Source: an uncultured Candidatus Rokubacteria bacterium (lineage in GTDB: Bacteria > Methylomirabilota > Methylomirabilia > Rokubacteriales > DASRDR01). From it: a stretch of 64,000 nt of DNA. A program made the translations under genes and the position numbers. How positions within the stretch are numbered: the stretch's first letter is position 1; the number at the start of each line of letters is the position of its first letter. Shown piece by piece: positions 1-9,806 of this stretch. The notes beneath the pieces were generated by a model, which was given only the letters and a program-made list of their open reading frames with translations, was not told the origin of the DNA and made no database searches. The stretch spans positions 256,001 to 320,000 of the forward strand of contig CAWGVS010000010.1 of assembly GCA_963826115.1 (NCBI GenBank), in the 5' to 3' direction.

Positions 1-34
1 AAGAAGTAGCTGACGGCTCGATGATCACCGACCG

Positions 35-1105
35 GTGACCGGCGCGCCGGCCGGGACGCGGCTTCCGGGAGCGAGGGCGCCCTCGCTCCCGGTTCGTGTC
101 CTGTGGCCGGTCGCGCGGGTCGCCGGGTCGGTCGCCCTGACCTTCCTCGGCCTCCTGCTCGTCACCTTCCTGATCGGGCGCGTCGTCCCGATCGACCCGG
201 TCCTCGCGGCGGTCGGCGACCGCGCGCCCGCGGCGGTCTACGAGCGGGTCAAGCAGGAGCTCGGCCTCAACCTCCCGCTCTGGCAGCAGTTCTGGATCTA
301 CCTGAAGAAGGTCCTGCGCGGGCGACTTCGGACGCTCGGTCCTGACCTCCAACCCGGTCCTCGTCGACATCCGCCGCTTCTTCCCGGCCACGCTCGAGCT
401 GGCGACCGTCGCCACGCTCATCGGCGTGGTGCTCGGGATCCCCATGGGCGTGATCGCCGCCGTGTCGCGCGGGCCGACTGGCCGGACCAGGTGATCCGCG
501 TGGTGAGCCTCCTCGGCTACTCGGTGCCGGTCTTCTGGCTCGGCCTGATGGGGCTCCTCCTCTTCTACGGGCGGCTCGGCTGGGTGGCGGGGCCGGGCCG
601 CATCGACGTGGCCTTCGAGGACCTCGTGACGCCGGTGACCGGCGTGATCCTGGTCGACTCCGCGCTCGCCGGCGAGTGGGAGGTGTTCTGGAACGCGTTC
701 AGCCACGTGATCCTGCCGGCGTCGATCCTCGGCTACCTGTCGCTCGCGTATCTCGCCCGGATGACGCGGAGCTTCATGCTGGCCGAGCTCGGCCAGGAGT
801 ACGTGACGACGGCGCGGATCAAGGGGCTCGCCGAGCGGCGGGTCGTGTGGCGCCACGCGCTCGGCAACGTGATGGTGCCGCTGATCACGGTCGTCGCCCT
901 CGCCTACGCGAACCTCCTCGAGGGCTCGGTGCTGACGGAGACGGTCTTCGCCTGGCCGGGGCTCGGGCAGTACATCACGAGCTCGCTCCTGAGCGCCGAC
1001 ATGAACGCCGTGCTCGGCGGGACGATCGTCGTCGGCTCGATCTTCATCGGCCTCAACCTCCTCTCCGACCTCCTCTACCGTCTCGTGGACCCGCGCGCGC
1101 GATGA
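35..1105 (+). CDS. Peptide/nickel ABC transporter permease (DppB/OppB-like), with compensating frameshifts at ~320 and ~470-480
   Basis: Contains an EAA-loop region (ARMTRSFMLAELGQEYVTTARIKGL) and ETVFAWPGLG. The missing segment GDFGRSVLTSNPVLVDIRRFFPATLEL is encoded in an alternative frame between ~321 and ~472. Confidence 0.88.
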   Translation: MTGAPAGTRLPGARAPSLPVRVLWPVARVAGSVALTFLGLLLVTFLIGRVVPIDPVLAAVGDRAPAAVYERVKQELGLNLPLWQQFWIYLKKVLRGRLRTLGPDLQPGPRRHPPLLPGHARAGDRRHAHRRGARDPHGRDRRRVARADWPDQVIRVVSLLGYSVPVFWLGLMGLLLFYGRLGWVAGPGRIDVAFEDLVTPVTGVILVDSALAGEWEVFWNAFSHVILPASILGYLSLAYLARMTRSFMLAELGQEYVTTARIKGLAERRVVWRHALGNVMVPLITVVALAYANLLEGSVLTETVFAWPGLGQYITSSLLSADMNAVLGGTIVVGSIFIGLNLLSDLLYRLVDPRAR

Positions 1106-2027
1106 CGCCGCCGGGCGGGCTCGCGTCGCGCCCCGGGTGGCGCGCCTGGCTCCTCGACGAGACTCCCGCGTCGCGGACGCAGGCGCGGCTCGGCCAGGCG
1201 TACGTCAGCTGGCTCGGCTTCCGCCGGAACCCGCTCGCCATGGCGGGCCTGGCGGTCCTGATCGGCCTGCTGCTGCTGGCGCTCCTGACCCCGATGCTGA
1301 CCGACCGGTCGCCGGTGACCCAGGACCTCAGCGCCCGGCTCCAGCCGCCGAACGCGGCAGTACTGGTTCGGGACCGACGAGCTCGGGCGCGACATCTACA
1401 CGCGGGTGCTCTACGGGTCGCGCATCACGCTCGGGATCGTGGGGCTCGTGGTGATCATGGTCGCCCCCGTCGGCCTCCTCATCGGCACCGCCGCCGGCTA
1501 CCTGGGCGGCTGGGTCGACACGGTGCTGATGCGGGTGACCGACGTGTTCCTCGCCTTCCCGCGGCTGATCCTCGCGCTGGCGTTCGTGTCGGCCCTGGGC
1601 CCGGGCATCGAGAACGCGGTCATCGCCATCGCCTGCACGGCGTGGCCGCCCTACGCGCGGGTCGCGCGCGCGGAGACGCTGACGATCCGGCAGCAGCGAC
1701 TTCATCGCGGCGATCCGCCTCCAGGGCGCGGGCCCGCTCCGGATCGTGCTGGGCCACGTCGTGCCGCTCTGCACCTCGTCCCTGATCGTGCGCGTCGGCC
1801 TCGACATGGCCGGCATCATCCTGACCGCGGCCGGGCTCGGCTTCCTCGGGCTCGGGGCCCAGCCGCCCGCGCCGGAGTGGGGCGCCATGATCGCCTCGGG
1901 CCGGCGGTTCCTCCTCGACCAGTGGTGGGTGGCCACGGTGCCCGGCATCGCCATCCTCGTGGTGAGCCTCGGCTTCAACCTGCTCGGCGACGGGCTGCGC
2001 GACGTGCTCGACCCGAAGGTCGGGTGA
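1102..2027 (+). CDS. Peptide ABC transporter permease (DppC/OppC-like), split by two apparent 1-bp insertions (~1355, ~1695)
   Basis: Three frames give consecutive parts: MTPPGG...QPPN, then WFGTDELGRDIYTRVLYGSRITL..., then ...GLGFLGLGAQPPAPEWG...FNLLGDGLRDVLDP. ATGA overlap with the upstream stop. The length of 926 nt equals 924+2. Confidence 0.85.
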
Positions 2028-2037
2028 GGGCAGGGGC

Positions 2038-2884
2038 ATGACGCCGATCCTGACCGTCGAGGACCTCCGGGTCCGCTTCCCGGGACGGGTCGGCACCGTG
2101 GAGGCGGTCCGGGGCGTCAGCTTCGAGGTCGGCCGCGAGAAGCTCGGCATCGTCGGCGAGTCCGGGTCCGGGAAGTCGATGACCGGCCGCGCCATCCTGC
2201 GCCTGGTGCCGCCGCCCGGCCAGGTCACCGCCCGCCGGCTGGACTTCGAGGGGATGGACCTCCTCACGGCGAGCGAGGCGGCGATGCGCGACATCCGGGG
2301 CCATCGGATCGCGATGGTCCTCCAGGACCCGAAGTTCTCGCTGAACCCCGTGATGCCGGTCGGCGTCCAGGTGGCCGAGGCCTGGCGCGTCCACTCGGGC
2401 GCGTCCTGGAAGGAGGCGCGCCGGCGGGCGCTCGAGATGCTGGAGGCGGTGCGGATCCGGAATCCCGCGCGCGTGTACGACGCCTATCCGCACGAGGTCT
2501 CGGGCGGCATGGGGCAGCGGGTCATGATCGCCATGATGCTGGCCGCCGGCCCGGACCTCCTGATCGCCGACGAGCCGACCTCGGCTCTCGACGTCACCGT
2601 GCAGATGCAGGTCCTGGCGATCCTCGACGACCTGGTCAGCGAGCGCGGGATGGGGCTCGTCTTCATCAGCCACGATCTCAACCTGGTCGCGTCGTTCTGC
2701 GACCGGGTCCTGATCATGTACGCGGGGCGGATCGTCGAGACCTGCGCGGCGCGCGACCTCGCGAACGCCCGCCACCCCTACACCCAGGGCCTCCTCCGCG
2801 TCGCTGCCCCGCATCGACCGGCCGGTCGCCGAGCTGGCGGTGCTCGAGCGGGACCCCGCCTGGCGCGACGGGGCCGGCGCGTGA
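2038..2884 (+). CDS. Peptide ABC transporter ATP-binding protein (DppD-like), with an apparent +1 frameshift at ~2797
   Basis: Walker A GESGSGKS, signature VSGGMGQR, Walker B LLIADEPT. The expected tail HPYTQGLL(A)SLPRID...* continues in the +1 frame to TGA at 2882-2884. Confidence 0.85.
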
Positions 2885-3684
2885 GCCTGTCGCCCGCGAT
2901 CCTCGAGGTCGAAGGGCTCCACGTGGTCTTCGGCCACGGCGAGGACGCCGTGCGCGCCGTCCGCGACGTGTCCTTCCGCGTGGCCGAGGGCGAGGCGTTC
3001 GGCCTGGTGGGCGAGTCGGGCTCGGGGAAGACCACCGTGCTGCGGGCGGTCGCGGGCCTGGTAGCGCCGGCGGGCGGGCGGATCGCGGTGGCCGGCCGGA
3101 CGCAGGGGCCGCATCGCGAGCGGGCGTTCGCCCGCGTCTGCCAGATGGTCTTCCAGGATCCGTACGGGTCGCTGCACCCGCGCCACACGGTGGACCGGGT
3201 GCTCATCGAGCCGCTCGCCATCCACGGGCTCGCCCGGCGGGGCGAGGCCGACCGCCGCGTCGAGCGCGCGCTCCGCGAGGTCGGACTCGGCCCGAGCTTC
3301 CGGTTCCGCTACCCGCACCAGCTGTCCGGCGGCCAGCGCCAGCGGGTGTCGATCGCGCGGGCCCTCATGCTCGAGCCGCGCGTCCTCCTGCTCGACGAGC
3401 CGACGTCGGCGCTCGACGTGTCCGTGCAGGCGGAGATCCTGAACCTCCTCGCCCGCCTGCGCCGGGAGCACGGCCTGACGTACGTGCTCGTGAGCCACAA
3501 CCTCGCGATCGTGGCGCACCTCTGCGAGCGCCTCCTGGTGATGAACCACGGCCGGGTGGTCGAGGAGCTGACGGCGGGCCAGCTGCGGGCGTCGACGCCG
3601 TCTGAGCCCTACACGCGCCAGCTGCTCCAGGCGAGCCTCGGCTACGATCGCCAGGCCGCCGCCCAGCTCACGACGTTCGACTAG
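2881..3684 (+). CDS. Peptide ABC transporter ATP-binding protein (DppF-like)
   Basis: GTG start overlaps the upstream TGA. Motifs GESGSGKT, LSGGQRQR and LLLDEPT. Confidence 0.88.
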   Translation: MSLSPAILEVEGLHVVFGHGEDAVRAVRDVSFRVAEGEAFGLVGESGSGKTTVLRAVAGLVAPAGGRIAVAGRTQGPHRERAFARVCQMVFQDPYGSLHPRHTVDRVLIEPLAIHGLARRGEADRRVERALREVGLGPSFRFRYPHQLSGGQRQRVSIARALMLEPRVLLLDEPTSALDVSVQAEILNLLARLRREHGLTYVLVSHNLAIVAHLCERLLVMNHGRVVEELTAGQLRASTPSEPYTRQLLQASLGYDRQAAAQLTTFD

Positions 3685-3726
3685 GGGCGCCGCGGCCCGG
3701 GCCGGCGCGGGTCCCCGTTGGACGCG

Positions 3727-4596
3727 TCAGCGCAGCGTGAAGGGGAACTCGCTCTCCACCACGTGGCCGTCGACGGAAAGGACGCGGAACTTGACCTTGT
3801 AGGTGCCGCGGCCGAGCGGCTTCACGCCGACCGTGAGGTGCTTCGGATCCTCGGGCTCCACGCGGGCGTCTCCCAGGTCCACCTGCTGGCCGGCGGCATC
3901 CCAGACGGACACGCTCGAAAATTTCGGCTCGATGGCCTCGTTGAACCAGAGCTGGACGCGGTCCGGCGCGGTCGCGAGCGTGGCGCGCCGGGCGGGGCTC
4001 GATCGGACCAGCGAGGCATGGGGCCAGGCCGGCGTTGCCGGGAGCAGGAGCAGGAGGACGCCCAGCGTGGCGGCGGCCAAACGGCGCCGGCGGACGACCG
4101 TGACCGCCATCATCAGGACGAGTGCGGCAGCGCCGAGGACCGCCCCGGGCCACCAGCGGCTGTTCGCCGGCGCGACGTCGACCGGGAAGCTGACCGCCGC
4201 CGGCCCCGCCGGCCCCGCGACGGAGACCGACACCATCCAGGGCCCCGCGGCGCGGAGCGTGAGCGCCGCCCGGTAGCGCACGCCGAGCGGGTCGTCGGCG
4301 CGGCGGGCGTCCGTCTCGACCGAGCCGCCGCCCCCGCCGACGGGCTCGGCGCGCACCCGGACCACGGCGTCCGCCACGGGTAGACCGCCATCCCGCATCA
4401 CCGCCACGTCGACCTGCCAGGGTCCAACCTGGGGCGGTGAGGGCTGGGTCCAGACCGACAGGGCATAGTGGCCCGCGTCGACTCGGTTCAGCTGCATCAC
4501 GCCGCCATGACCCGCCCACGTCGATCGCGCGCCGAGCGAGCCGCTCAGGACGAGGCCTGCAAGAACGAGGTATTGGACCAAGGTCCTACATTTCAT
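3727..4596 (-). CDS. Exported beta-sandwich (YtkA/FixH-like) domain + TM segment + C-terminal CopC copper-binding domain
   Basis: The C-terminal HASLVRSSP...FNE.IE...YKVKFRVLSVDGH is typical of CopC. N-terminal signal peptide present. The start at ATG 4596 is inferred, and the YtkA-like call is tentative. Confidence 0.75.
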   Translation of the reverse strand: MKCRTLVQYLVLAGLVLSGSLGARSTWAGHGGVMQLNRVDAGHYALSVWTQPSPPQVGPWQVDVAVMRDGGLPVADAVVRVRAEPVGGGGGSVETDARRADDPLGVRYRAALTLRAAGPWMVSVSVAGPAGPAAVSFPVDVAPANSRWWPGAVLGAAALVLMMAVTVVRRRRLAAATLGVLLLLLPATPAWPHASLVRSSPARRATLATAPDRVQLWFNEAIEPKFSSVSVWDAAGQQVDLGDARVEPEDPKHLTVGVKPLGRGTYKVKFRVLSVDGHVVESEFPFTLR

Positions 4597-4746
4597 GCGC
4601 CCAGAGTACGCCAAACCGGCTCCGGTTGCTCGGGCCGTCTCGCCCGGGTCGAAGTCGAGTTTGCGCATATGTATTAGCTACTTACAAATAATAGATGACA
4701 TCGATCCTGGCAAGCGGGTGAGGGGATGCCCCCTGTCAGGTTTTTC

Positions 4747-4774
4747 TTGACCCGCGGTCCGACCAGTGTATACT
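4747..4774 (+). promoter_or_regulatory. Probable sigma70 promoter of the cold-shock gene (TTGACC-N16-TATACT)
   Basis: Near-consensus hexamers in an otherwise very GC-rich sequence. It implies a ~140-nt 5' UTR, as is typical of csp mRNAs. Confidence 0.65.
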
Positions 4775-4920
4775 TCCGCCAGCTTCGTGGTTCAGTGGGA
4801 AGGCAGTCGAGTGAAGGCAACGCCGCGTGAACCCGGGTTCTCGCGGCGTTTTCCTTTGTCCCCCGATGTGGGGGAGGCACCGCCGCATCGGCGGGAACCA
4901 AGCAAGGAGGAGTACTGAGT

Positions 4921-5121
4921 ATGGCGCAGGGACTGGTGAAGTGGTTCAACGACGCGAAGGGCTACGGGTTCATCACCCAGGAGGACGGGCAGGACGTGTT
5001 CGTCCACTACTCGGCCATCCAGGCGAGCGGGTTCCGCAGCCTGGCCGAGGGTGACCGGGTCGAGTTCGAGGTGACCCGGGGTCCGAAGGGCCTCCAGGCG
5101 TCGAACGTGAAGAAGGTCTAA
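4921..5121 (+). CDS. cspA: Cold-shock protein
   Basis: 66 aa with [13 protein letters not shown] (RNP1) and DVFVHYSAI (RNP2). Strong SD AAGGAGGAG. Confidence 0.96.
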   Translation: MAQGLVKWFNDAKGYGFITQEDGQDVFVHYSAIQASGFRSLAEGDRVEFEVTRGPKGLQASNVKKV

Positions 5122-5139
5122 CCAAGCCTTCCCAAGCGC

Positions 5140-5173
5140 ACGGCCCGGCTCCCCTAACGGGAAGCCGGGCCGT
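5140..5173. terminator. GC-rich stem-loop between convergent genes
   Basis: Perfect 11-bp inverted repeat ACGGCCCGGCT / AGCCGGGCCGT. No U-tract, so terminator function is uncertain. Confidence 0.5.
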
Positions 5174-5223
5174 CGTGCGTTCTAGAACCCGCCGAGCTCG
5201 CCCGAGCCGCGGGCCCCTTCGCT

Positions 5224-5586
5224 CTAGAATTCGATCCCGTCGACGAAGTACGTCCCGACGTTCACGCTCGGGTAGGCGATGCAGAGGACGGCCGGAGTCC
5301 GCCCGACGTTCCGCAGCGCATGCACCGTGTTCGCCGGCGCCAGGAAGGTGGCCGGCGCGTCGACCTCGGCGACGTCGGTCCCGATCAGGACGCGAAGCCG
5401 TCCCTCGAGGAGCGTCATCGATTCTTCGACCCGGTGGGTGTGCGGCCGCGTCTGCTTCCCGGGCTCGATCGTGACCATGCCCTGGGTGATCGCGCCCGCG
5501 CCGAGATTCTGGTCCATGACGACGATGCGGAAGAGCCCCGGGCTCGGCGAGGCGCGCTCGAGCTCCTGGTGGCGATGAAGGATCAT
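5224..5586 (-). CDS. Cupin domain protein
   Basis: Cupin motifs PHTHRVEE...LEG and PANTVHALRN in 120 aa. This is the C-terminal part of track ORF 5224..6978. Confidence 0.85.
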   Translation of the reverse strand: MILHRHQELERASPSPGLFRIVVMDQNLGAGAITQGMVTIEPGKQTRPHTHRVEESMTLLEGRLRVLIGTDVAEVDAPATFLAPANTVHALRNVGRTPAVLCIAYPSVNVGTYFVDGIEF

Positions 5587-5597
5587 CGACCCGCTCC

Positions 5598-6938
5598 CTA
5601 GGCGCGGCTGGCCGGGACCCGGTCGGCCCGGCGTGCGGGCGCGCCGAGCGTCGCGAACACGCGGTCCACGGCGGCGAGCGTCTCCTCGACCTCGGCGACC
5701 GTGTGGACGGCCGAGACGTAGAAGCGGCCGTCCGGGAGCACGTGGAGCCCTTCCTCGAGGGCGCCGCGAAGGAAGCGATCCAGGAGCTCGGCGTCGTCGT
5801 CGAGCGTGTCGCGATAGTCGCGGAGCTCGGTCCGCTTCGTGAAGTGGACCGTGAACGCCGCCCCGAAACCGGTGACCAGGACCGGCAGGCCATGCTGCCC
5901 GGCGCGCTCCCGGATGCCCTCCATCAGCGCCTGCCCGGCGCGATTGGCCTGGACGACCGCCGCGCCGCCGTCCTTGGCGAGCTCCTCCAGCGTGGCGTCG
6001 GCGATCGCGAGCGACAGCGGGTTGCCGTTGAAGGTCCCGCCGAACGCGACGCCCGAGCCGTGGAGCTGCTCCATGATCTCCCGACGGCCGGCCACGACCG
6101 ACAGGGGCGCGCCGCCCGCCACGGCCTTCCCGAACGTCGAGAGGTCCGGCGTGACGCCGAAGTGCGCCTGGGCGCCGCCGAGGGCGATCCGGAAGCCCGT
6201 GATGACCTCGTCCATGATGAAGAGCGTCCCGTTCCGGCGGCAGAGGTCGCGGACGCCCTCGAGATAGCCCCGCACGGGCATGAGGCACCCGCTGTTGCAG
6301 AGGACCGGTTCCATCATGACCGCCGCCACGCGGTCGGGGTGGGTCCGGAACAGGCCCTCCAGCAGGCCGAGGTCGTTCCACGGCGCGACGACGACGTTCT
6401 CCACGACGTTCGGCACCTGGCCGAAGGACCCCGGGATGACGTTCGGGGTCTCGCGGGGGCCAAGCCCCTCGCGCGGGTGATAGCTCACCAGCGCGCCGTC
6501 GATCCAGCCGTGATAGTGGCCCTCGAACTTCAGGATGAGGTTCCGGCGCGTGTACGCCCGGGCGAGCCGGTGCACGAGCTGGACGACCTCGCTGCCGCTC
6601 GAGCTGAACGCCACGCGCTCGGCGGAGGGGACGGCCGCCTGGACCCGCTCCGCCACGGAGATCTCGAGCTCGTGCTGGGCCCCGTAGGTGAACGGGCGGT
6701 CCGCCGCGCGGTGGGCGGCGGCGACGAGGGCGGGGTGGGAGTAGCCCAGGATCACCGGTCCCCACGCGGCGGCGTAGTCGATGTACCAGTTCCCGTCGGC
6801 GTCCTGCAGCCGGGGGCCGACTCCGCGCGTGAAGTAGAGGGGAACGGGTGCGGTGCCGCGAACGGGGCTCGACACGCCTCCCGCCAGGGACCGGCGGGCG
6901 CGCTCCAGGAGGGCTCGGGATCGGTCGAACGTGCGCAT
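5598..6938 (-). CDS. Class-III PLP aminotransferase, glutamate-1-semialdehyde 2,1-aminomutase-like
   Basis: Motifs AGGVSSPVR, FEGHYHG, DEVITGFR, TFGK (PLP lysine) and GTFNGNP. SD GAGGAG precedes ATG 6938. Confidence 0.9.
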   Translation of the reverse strand: MRTFDRSRALLERARRSLAGGVSSPVRGTAPVPLYFTRGVGPRLQDADGNWYIDYAAAWGPVILGYSHPALVAAAHRAADRPFTYGAQHELEISVAERVQAAVPSAERVAFSSSGSEVVQLVHRLARAYTRRNLILKFEGHYHGWIDGALVSYHPREGLGPRETPNVIPGSFGQVPNVVENVVVAPWNDLGLLEGLFRTHPDRVAAVMMEPVLCNSGCLMPVRGYLEGVRDLCRRNGTLFIMDEVITGFRIALGGAQAHFGVTPDLSTFGKAVAGGAPLSVVAGRREIMEQLHGSGVAFGGTFNGNPLSLAIADATLEELAKDGGAAVVQANRAGQALMEGIRERAGQHGLPVLVTGFGAAFTVHFTKRTELRDYRDTLDDDAELLDRFLRGALEEGLHVLPDGRFYVSAVHTVAEVEETLAAVDRVFATLGAPARRADRVPASRA

Positions 6939-7030
6939 GGTCGCTCCTCTGATCGGGGTCACACCTCGGCTGGCCCACACGCGGGGCTCTTTGAGCTTGC
7001 CCCGAAACGGACGGAAGGGAAAGGCCGGCC

Positions 7031-9262
7031 CTAGTTGGTGCCCGCGCGCCAGCGGAAGGCGGTCAGGAGGCTGGAGAAGTTGTCGGTCCAGGGCGCGAGG
7101 TCCGGCGGCGCGTCGAGGGCCCGCCAGTGCGGGTCGTCGAGCAGCGCGCCGAGGTCCTTCCCGCGCCGGGCCAGCACCACCCACTGGGACTCGACCTTAC
7201 CCACGAGGCGCTCCTGGGGGTCGATGTGCGAGTCGTTCCGCGTGCGCGCGACGAGTCCCGCCGCCCGCGCGATGGCGCCGACGACGGGCTCGAGCACCAG
7301 GTGGCGGTTCGAGATGTTGAGGATCAGCACGCCGCCGGGGGCGAGCTTCGTCAGGTAGAGCTGGAACGCGTCGAGCGTGATGAGGTGGAGCGGCGGCGCG
7401 TCCGAGCTGTAGGCGTCGAGCACGATGAGGTCGTAGGCGGCGTCGGGGGCGCGGGCGATCGTGAGGCGAGCGTCGCCCAGGATGACGAGGGGCTTCGGCC
7501 CGCAGTCACGGAGCAGCGTGAAGAACCGGGGGTCGTTCGCGATCCGGAGCACCGTGGGGTCGATCTCGTAGAACGTCCACCGCTGGCCGGCCTGGCCGTA
7601 GCACGCGATCGATCCGGCCCCGAGGCCGACGACCGCCACTGCGGGCCGCGGCCCGACGGCGTAGATCGCCGGGAAGACCTGCCCGAGCGGCCCGCTCCGG
7701 TAGTAGTAGGTCAAGAGCTCCCGCCGCCGTCCCGGCGCGAGGGCCTGCATCCCGTGGAGCGTCGTCCCGTGGAGCAGCATGTGGTACGCGCCGCTCGGCG
7801 GCCGGGTGACACGCGAGACGCCGAAGAAGCTCCGCTCGGCGTAGAGGACTGGCCCTTCCTCGCCCCGGTAGACGGATCCGGCGACGAGCAGGACCGCGAG
7901 CCCGAGGGCGAAGCGCACCGGCCGGCGCGCGAAGGTGAGACAGATGAGCGTGACCACGCCCACGGCCGGCCCGATCGCTCCCGGTCCGGCGCCCACGCGC
8001 TCGAGGCCCCGGATCAGCCCGACCGTGACGCCCCCGAGCGCCAGGGGCAGCACCACGTCCAGGACCTGGCGCCGCGTCCCCGACCAGGCCGCGGGGGCCC
8101 GGGCCGGCAGGAGGGGGAGCAGCACCAGGACCAGCGGGTACTCGAAGATGTCGCGGAACACGCGCGGCGCGACCAGCGCCGTGAACGCGCCGCCGACCAC
8201 GCCGCCGCCGGCCATCCAGAGATAGAAGGCGGTGAGGTGCCGCGGATCGGGCCGGTCTTGCGCGAGCTCGCCGTGGCAGACCATCGCGGCGACGAAGAAG
8301 ACCGCGAGGTGTGTGCCGATCACGAGGACCAGCGGCTCGTTGGCCCGGGCCACCAGCACGAGCACGAGCGGCAGCAGGGCGACCGGGAGCACCTCCACCC
8401 ACAGGCGGTGCGGGACGATCCGCCGGCGGCCGAACACGAGGGCGAACGTCAGGAGGTAGAGCGCCAGCGGCACGATCCAGAGGAGCGGGATCGCCGCGAT
8501 GTCGGTGGAGAGATAGGTCGTGACGCTCAGCATGAGGCTCGACGGCACCGCGGCGAGGACGACCCATCGCGCGCAGCGGCCCGCGCCCAGCGGGGCGACG
8601 GCCGACGGCGCGGTCGCGCCGGCCGGCTCCCGGGCGGCGGGAGGCGCGGCCACCGGGTCGCCCGCCCGGGCTCGCGACCGCCACAGGGCGAGCGCGCAGC
8701 CGGCGGCGAGCAGGAGGAGCGCGCCGTAGCCCCAGGCCCAGAGCCGGCTTTGCGCCGGGAGCGGGAGGAGCCGCTCCACGACCAGCGGGTACGCGAGGAG
8801 CGCCAGCATGCTCCCGACGTTGCTCGCCGCGTAGAGCACGTACGGATCCCGGGCGGCCGGGTGGCCGGTGGCCGCGAACCACGCCTGGAGGACCGGGCTG
8901 GTCGCGGACACCGCGAAGAACGGGAGCCCCACCGCGGCGGCGAGAAGCCCCAGGAGCCACGGGATCGGGCTCGTGTGCCCGGGCGGGGTCCAGCCCGCCG
9001 GCAGGGCGATCGGCAGCGCGAGGAGCGGGACAAGAAGGATCAGGAGGTGGAGGCCGGCCTGCCGATGGACGCCGAGCCAGCGCGTGGTGACGTGGGCGTA
9101 CCCGTATCCGATCAGGAGCACCGCCTGGTAGAAGACCATCGCCGTGTTCCAGACCGCCGGCGCGCCGCCGAGGAGCGGCAGCGCCATCCGGGCGAACATG
9201 GGCTGGACCAGGAAGAGGAGGCTTGCGCCGACGAAGATCGTGGCGCCGAACAGGATCAGCAC
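7031..9262 (-). CDS. Fused MFS-like membrane domain / spermidine synthase-like SAM-dependent domain
   Basis: Multiple TM helices followed by HGTTLHG, VVGLGAG, YEIDP, GDARL, LDAYSSD and WTDNFS. Confidence 0.9.
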   Translation of the reverse strand: MLILFGATIFVGASLLFLVQPMFARMALPLLGGAPAVWNTAMVFYQAVLLIGYGYAHVTTRWLGVHRQAGLHLLILLVPLLALPIALPAGWTPPGHTSPIPWLLGLLAAAVGLPFFAVSATSPVLQAWFAATGHPAARDPYVLYAASNVGSMLALLAYPLVVERLLPLPAQSRLWAWGYGALLLLAAGCALALWRSRARAGDPVAAPPAAREPAGATAPSAVAPLGAGRCARWVVLAAVPSSLMLSVTTYLSTDIAAIPLLWIVPLALYLLTFALVFGRRRIVPHRLWVEVLPVALLPLVLVLVARANEPLVLVIGTHLAVFFVAAMVCHGELAQDRPDPRHLTAFYLWMAGGGVVGGAFTALVAPRVFRDIFEYPLVLVLLPLLPARAPAAWSGTRRQVLDVVLPLALGGVTVGLIRGLERVGAGPGAIGPAVGVVTLICLTFARRPVRFALGLAVLLVAGSVYRGEEGPVLYAERSFFGVSRVTRPPSGAYHMLLHGTTLHGMQALAPGRRRELLTYYYRSGPLGQVFPAIYAVGPRPAVAVVGLGAGSIACYGQAGQRWTFYEIDPTVLRIANDPRFFTLLRDCGPKPLVILGDARLTIARAPDAAYDLIVLDAYSSDAPPLHLITLDAFQLYLTKLAPGGVLILNISNRHLVLEPVVGAIARAAGLVARTRNDSHIDPQERLVGKVESQWVVLARRGKDLGALLDDPHWRALDAPPDLAPWTDNFSSLLTAFRWRAGTN

Positions 9263-9375
9263 GGCTCTTCCCGGGCCGCGACGGCTCGCGCGGCCGCCCG
9301 GGCCGTCAGGATGGGTGGGTGCATACTGGGGACCGGGCGCGCGGCGGCGTGCCGCCCTCGAGAGGAGGCACGGTC

Positions 9376-9768
9376 ATGGGGTTCCTGGTCCGGGCGCTCG
9401 TGAACGCGCTCGCCATCTGGCTTGCCACGGAGATCGTCCCCGGCATCGAGGCGCGGAGCTGGGCGACGGTCGCCGCGGCCGCGCTGGTGCTCGGCCTGGT
9501 CAACGCGATCGTGCGGCCGGTGCTCCTCGTGCTCACACTGCCGCTGACCCTGGTCACGCTCGGCCTCTTCCTGTTCGTGCTGAACGCGCTCTGCCTCTGG
9601 CTCACGTCGGTGATCGTGCCGGGCTTCGAGGTGCATGGGTTCTGGCCGGCCTTCTGGGGCGCGCTGATCGTGAGCGCGCTCAGCTGGATCGTGAACGGGT
9701 TCGTGAGCGACCGAGGCCGCGTCGTCGTCATCACCCAGCGCGAGCGCCCGGCCCTGCCGCCCCGCTGA
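9376..9768 (+). CDS. 4-TM phage-holin-family (YvlD-like) membrane protein
   Basis: LGLVNAIVRPVLLVLTLPLTLVTLGLFLFVLNA signature. SD GAGGAGG. Confidence 0.88.
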   Translation: MGFLVRALVNALAIWLATEIVPGIEARSWATVAAAALVLGLVNAIVRPVLLVLTLPLTLVTLGLFLFVLNALCLWLTSVIVPGFEVHGFWPAFWGALIVSALSWIVNGFVSDRGRVVVITQRERPALPPR

Positions 9769-9806
9769 GCGGCGACGCCGCGCTCCGGTGGGGCCGATCC
9801 CGGGCC

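Noticed and set aside
2038-3684. 548-aa double-ABC ATPase fusion
   Set aside because: One extra base at ~2797 explains it. The natural DppD tail and stop are in the +1 frame, overlapping the DppF GTG.
4670-4686. TGTATTAGCTACTTACA as a copper-regulator operator
   Set aside because: The palindrome is asymmetric, it does not match the CopY TACA-NN-TGTA box, and no copper regulator is in the window.
5598-6938. Assigning hemL
   Set aside because: The family is clear, but it neighbours a cupin and no tetrapyrrole genes, so it may be a paralogue with another substrate.
9376-9768. Holin as evidence of a prophage
   Set aside because: This 4-TM family is common in chromosomes, and no other phage genes are nearby.
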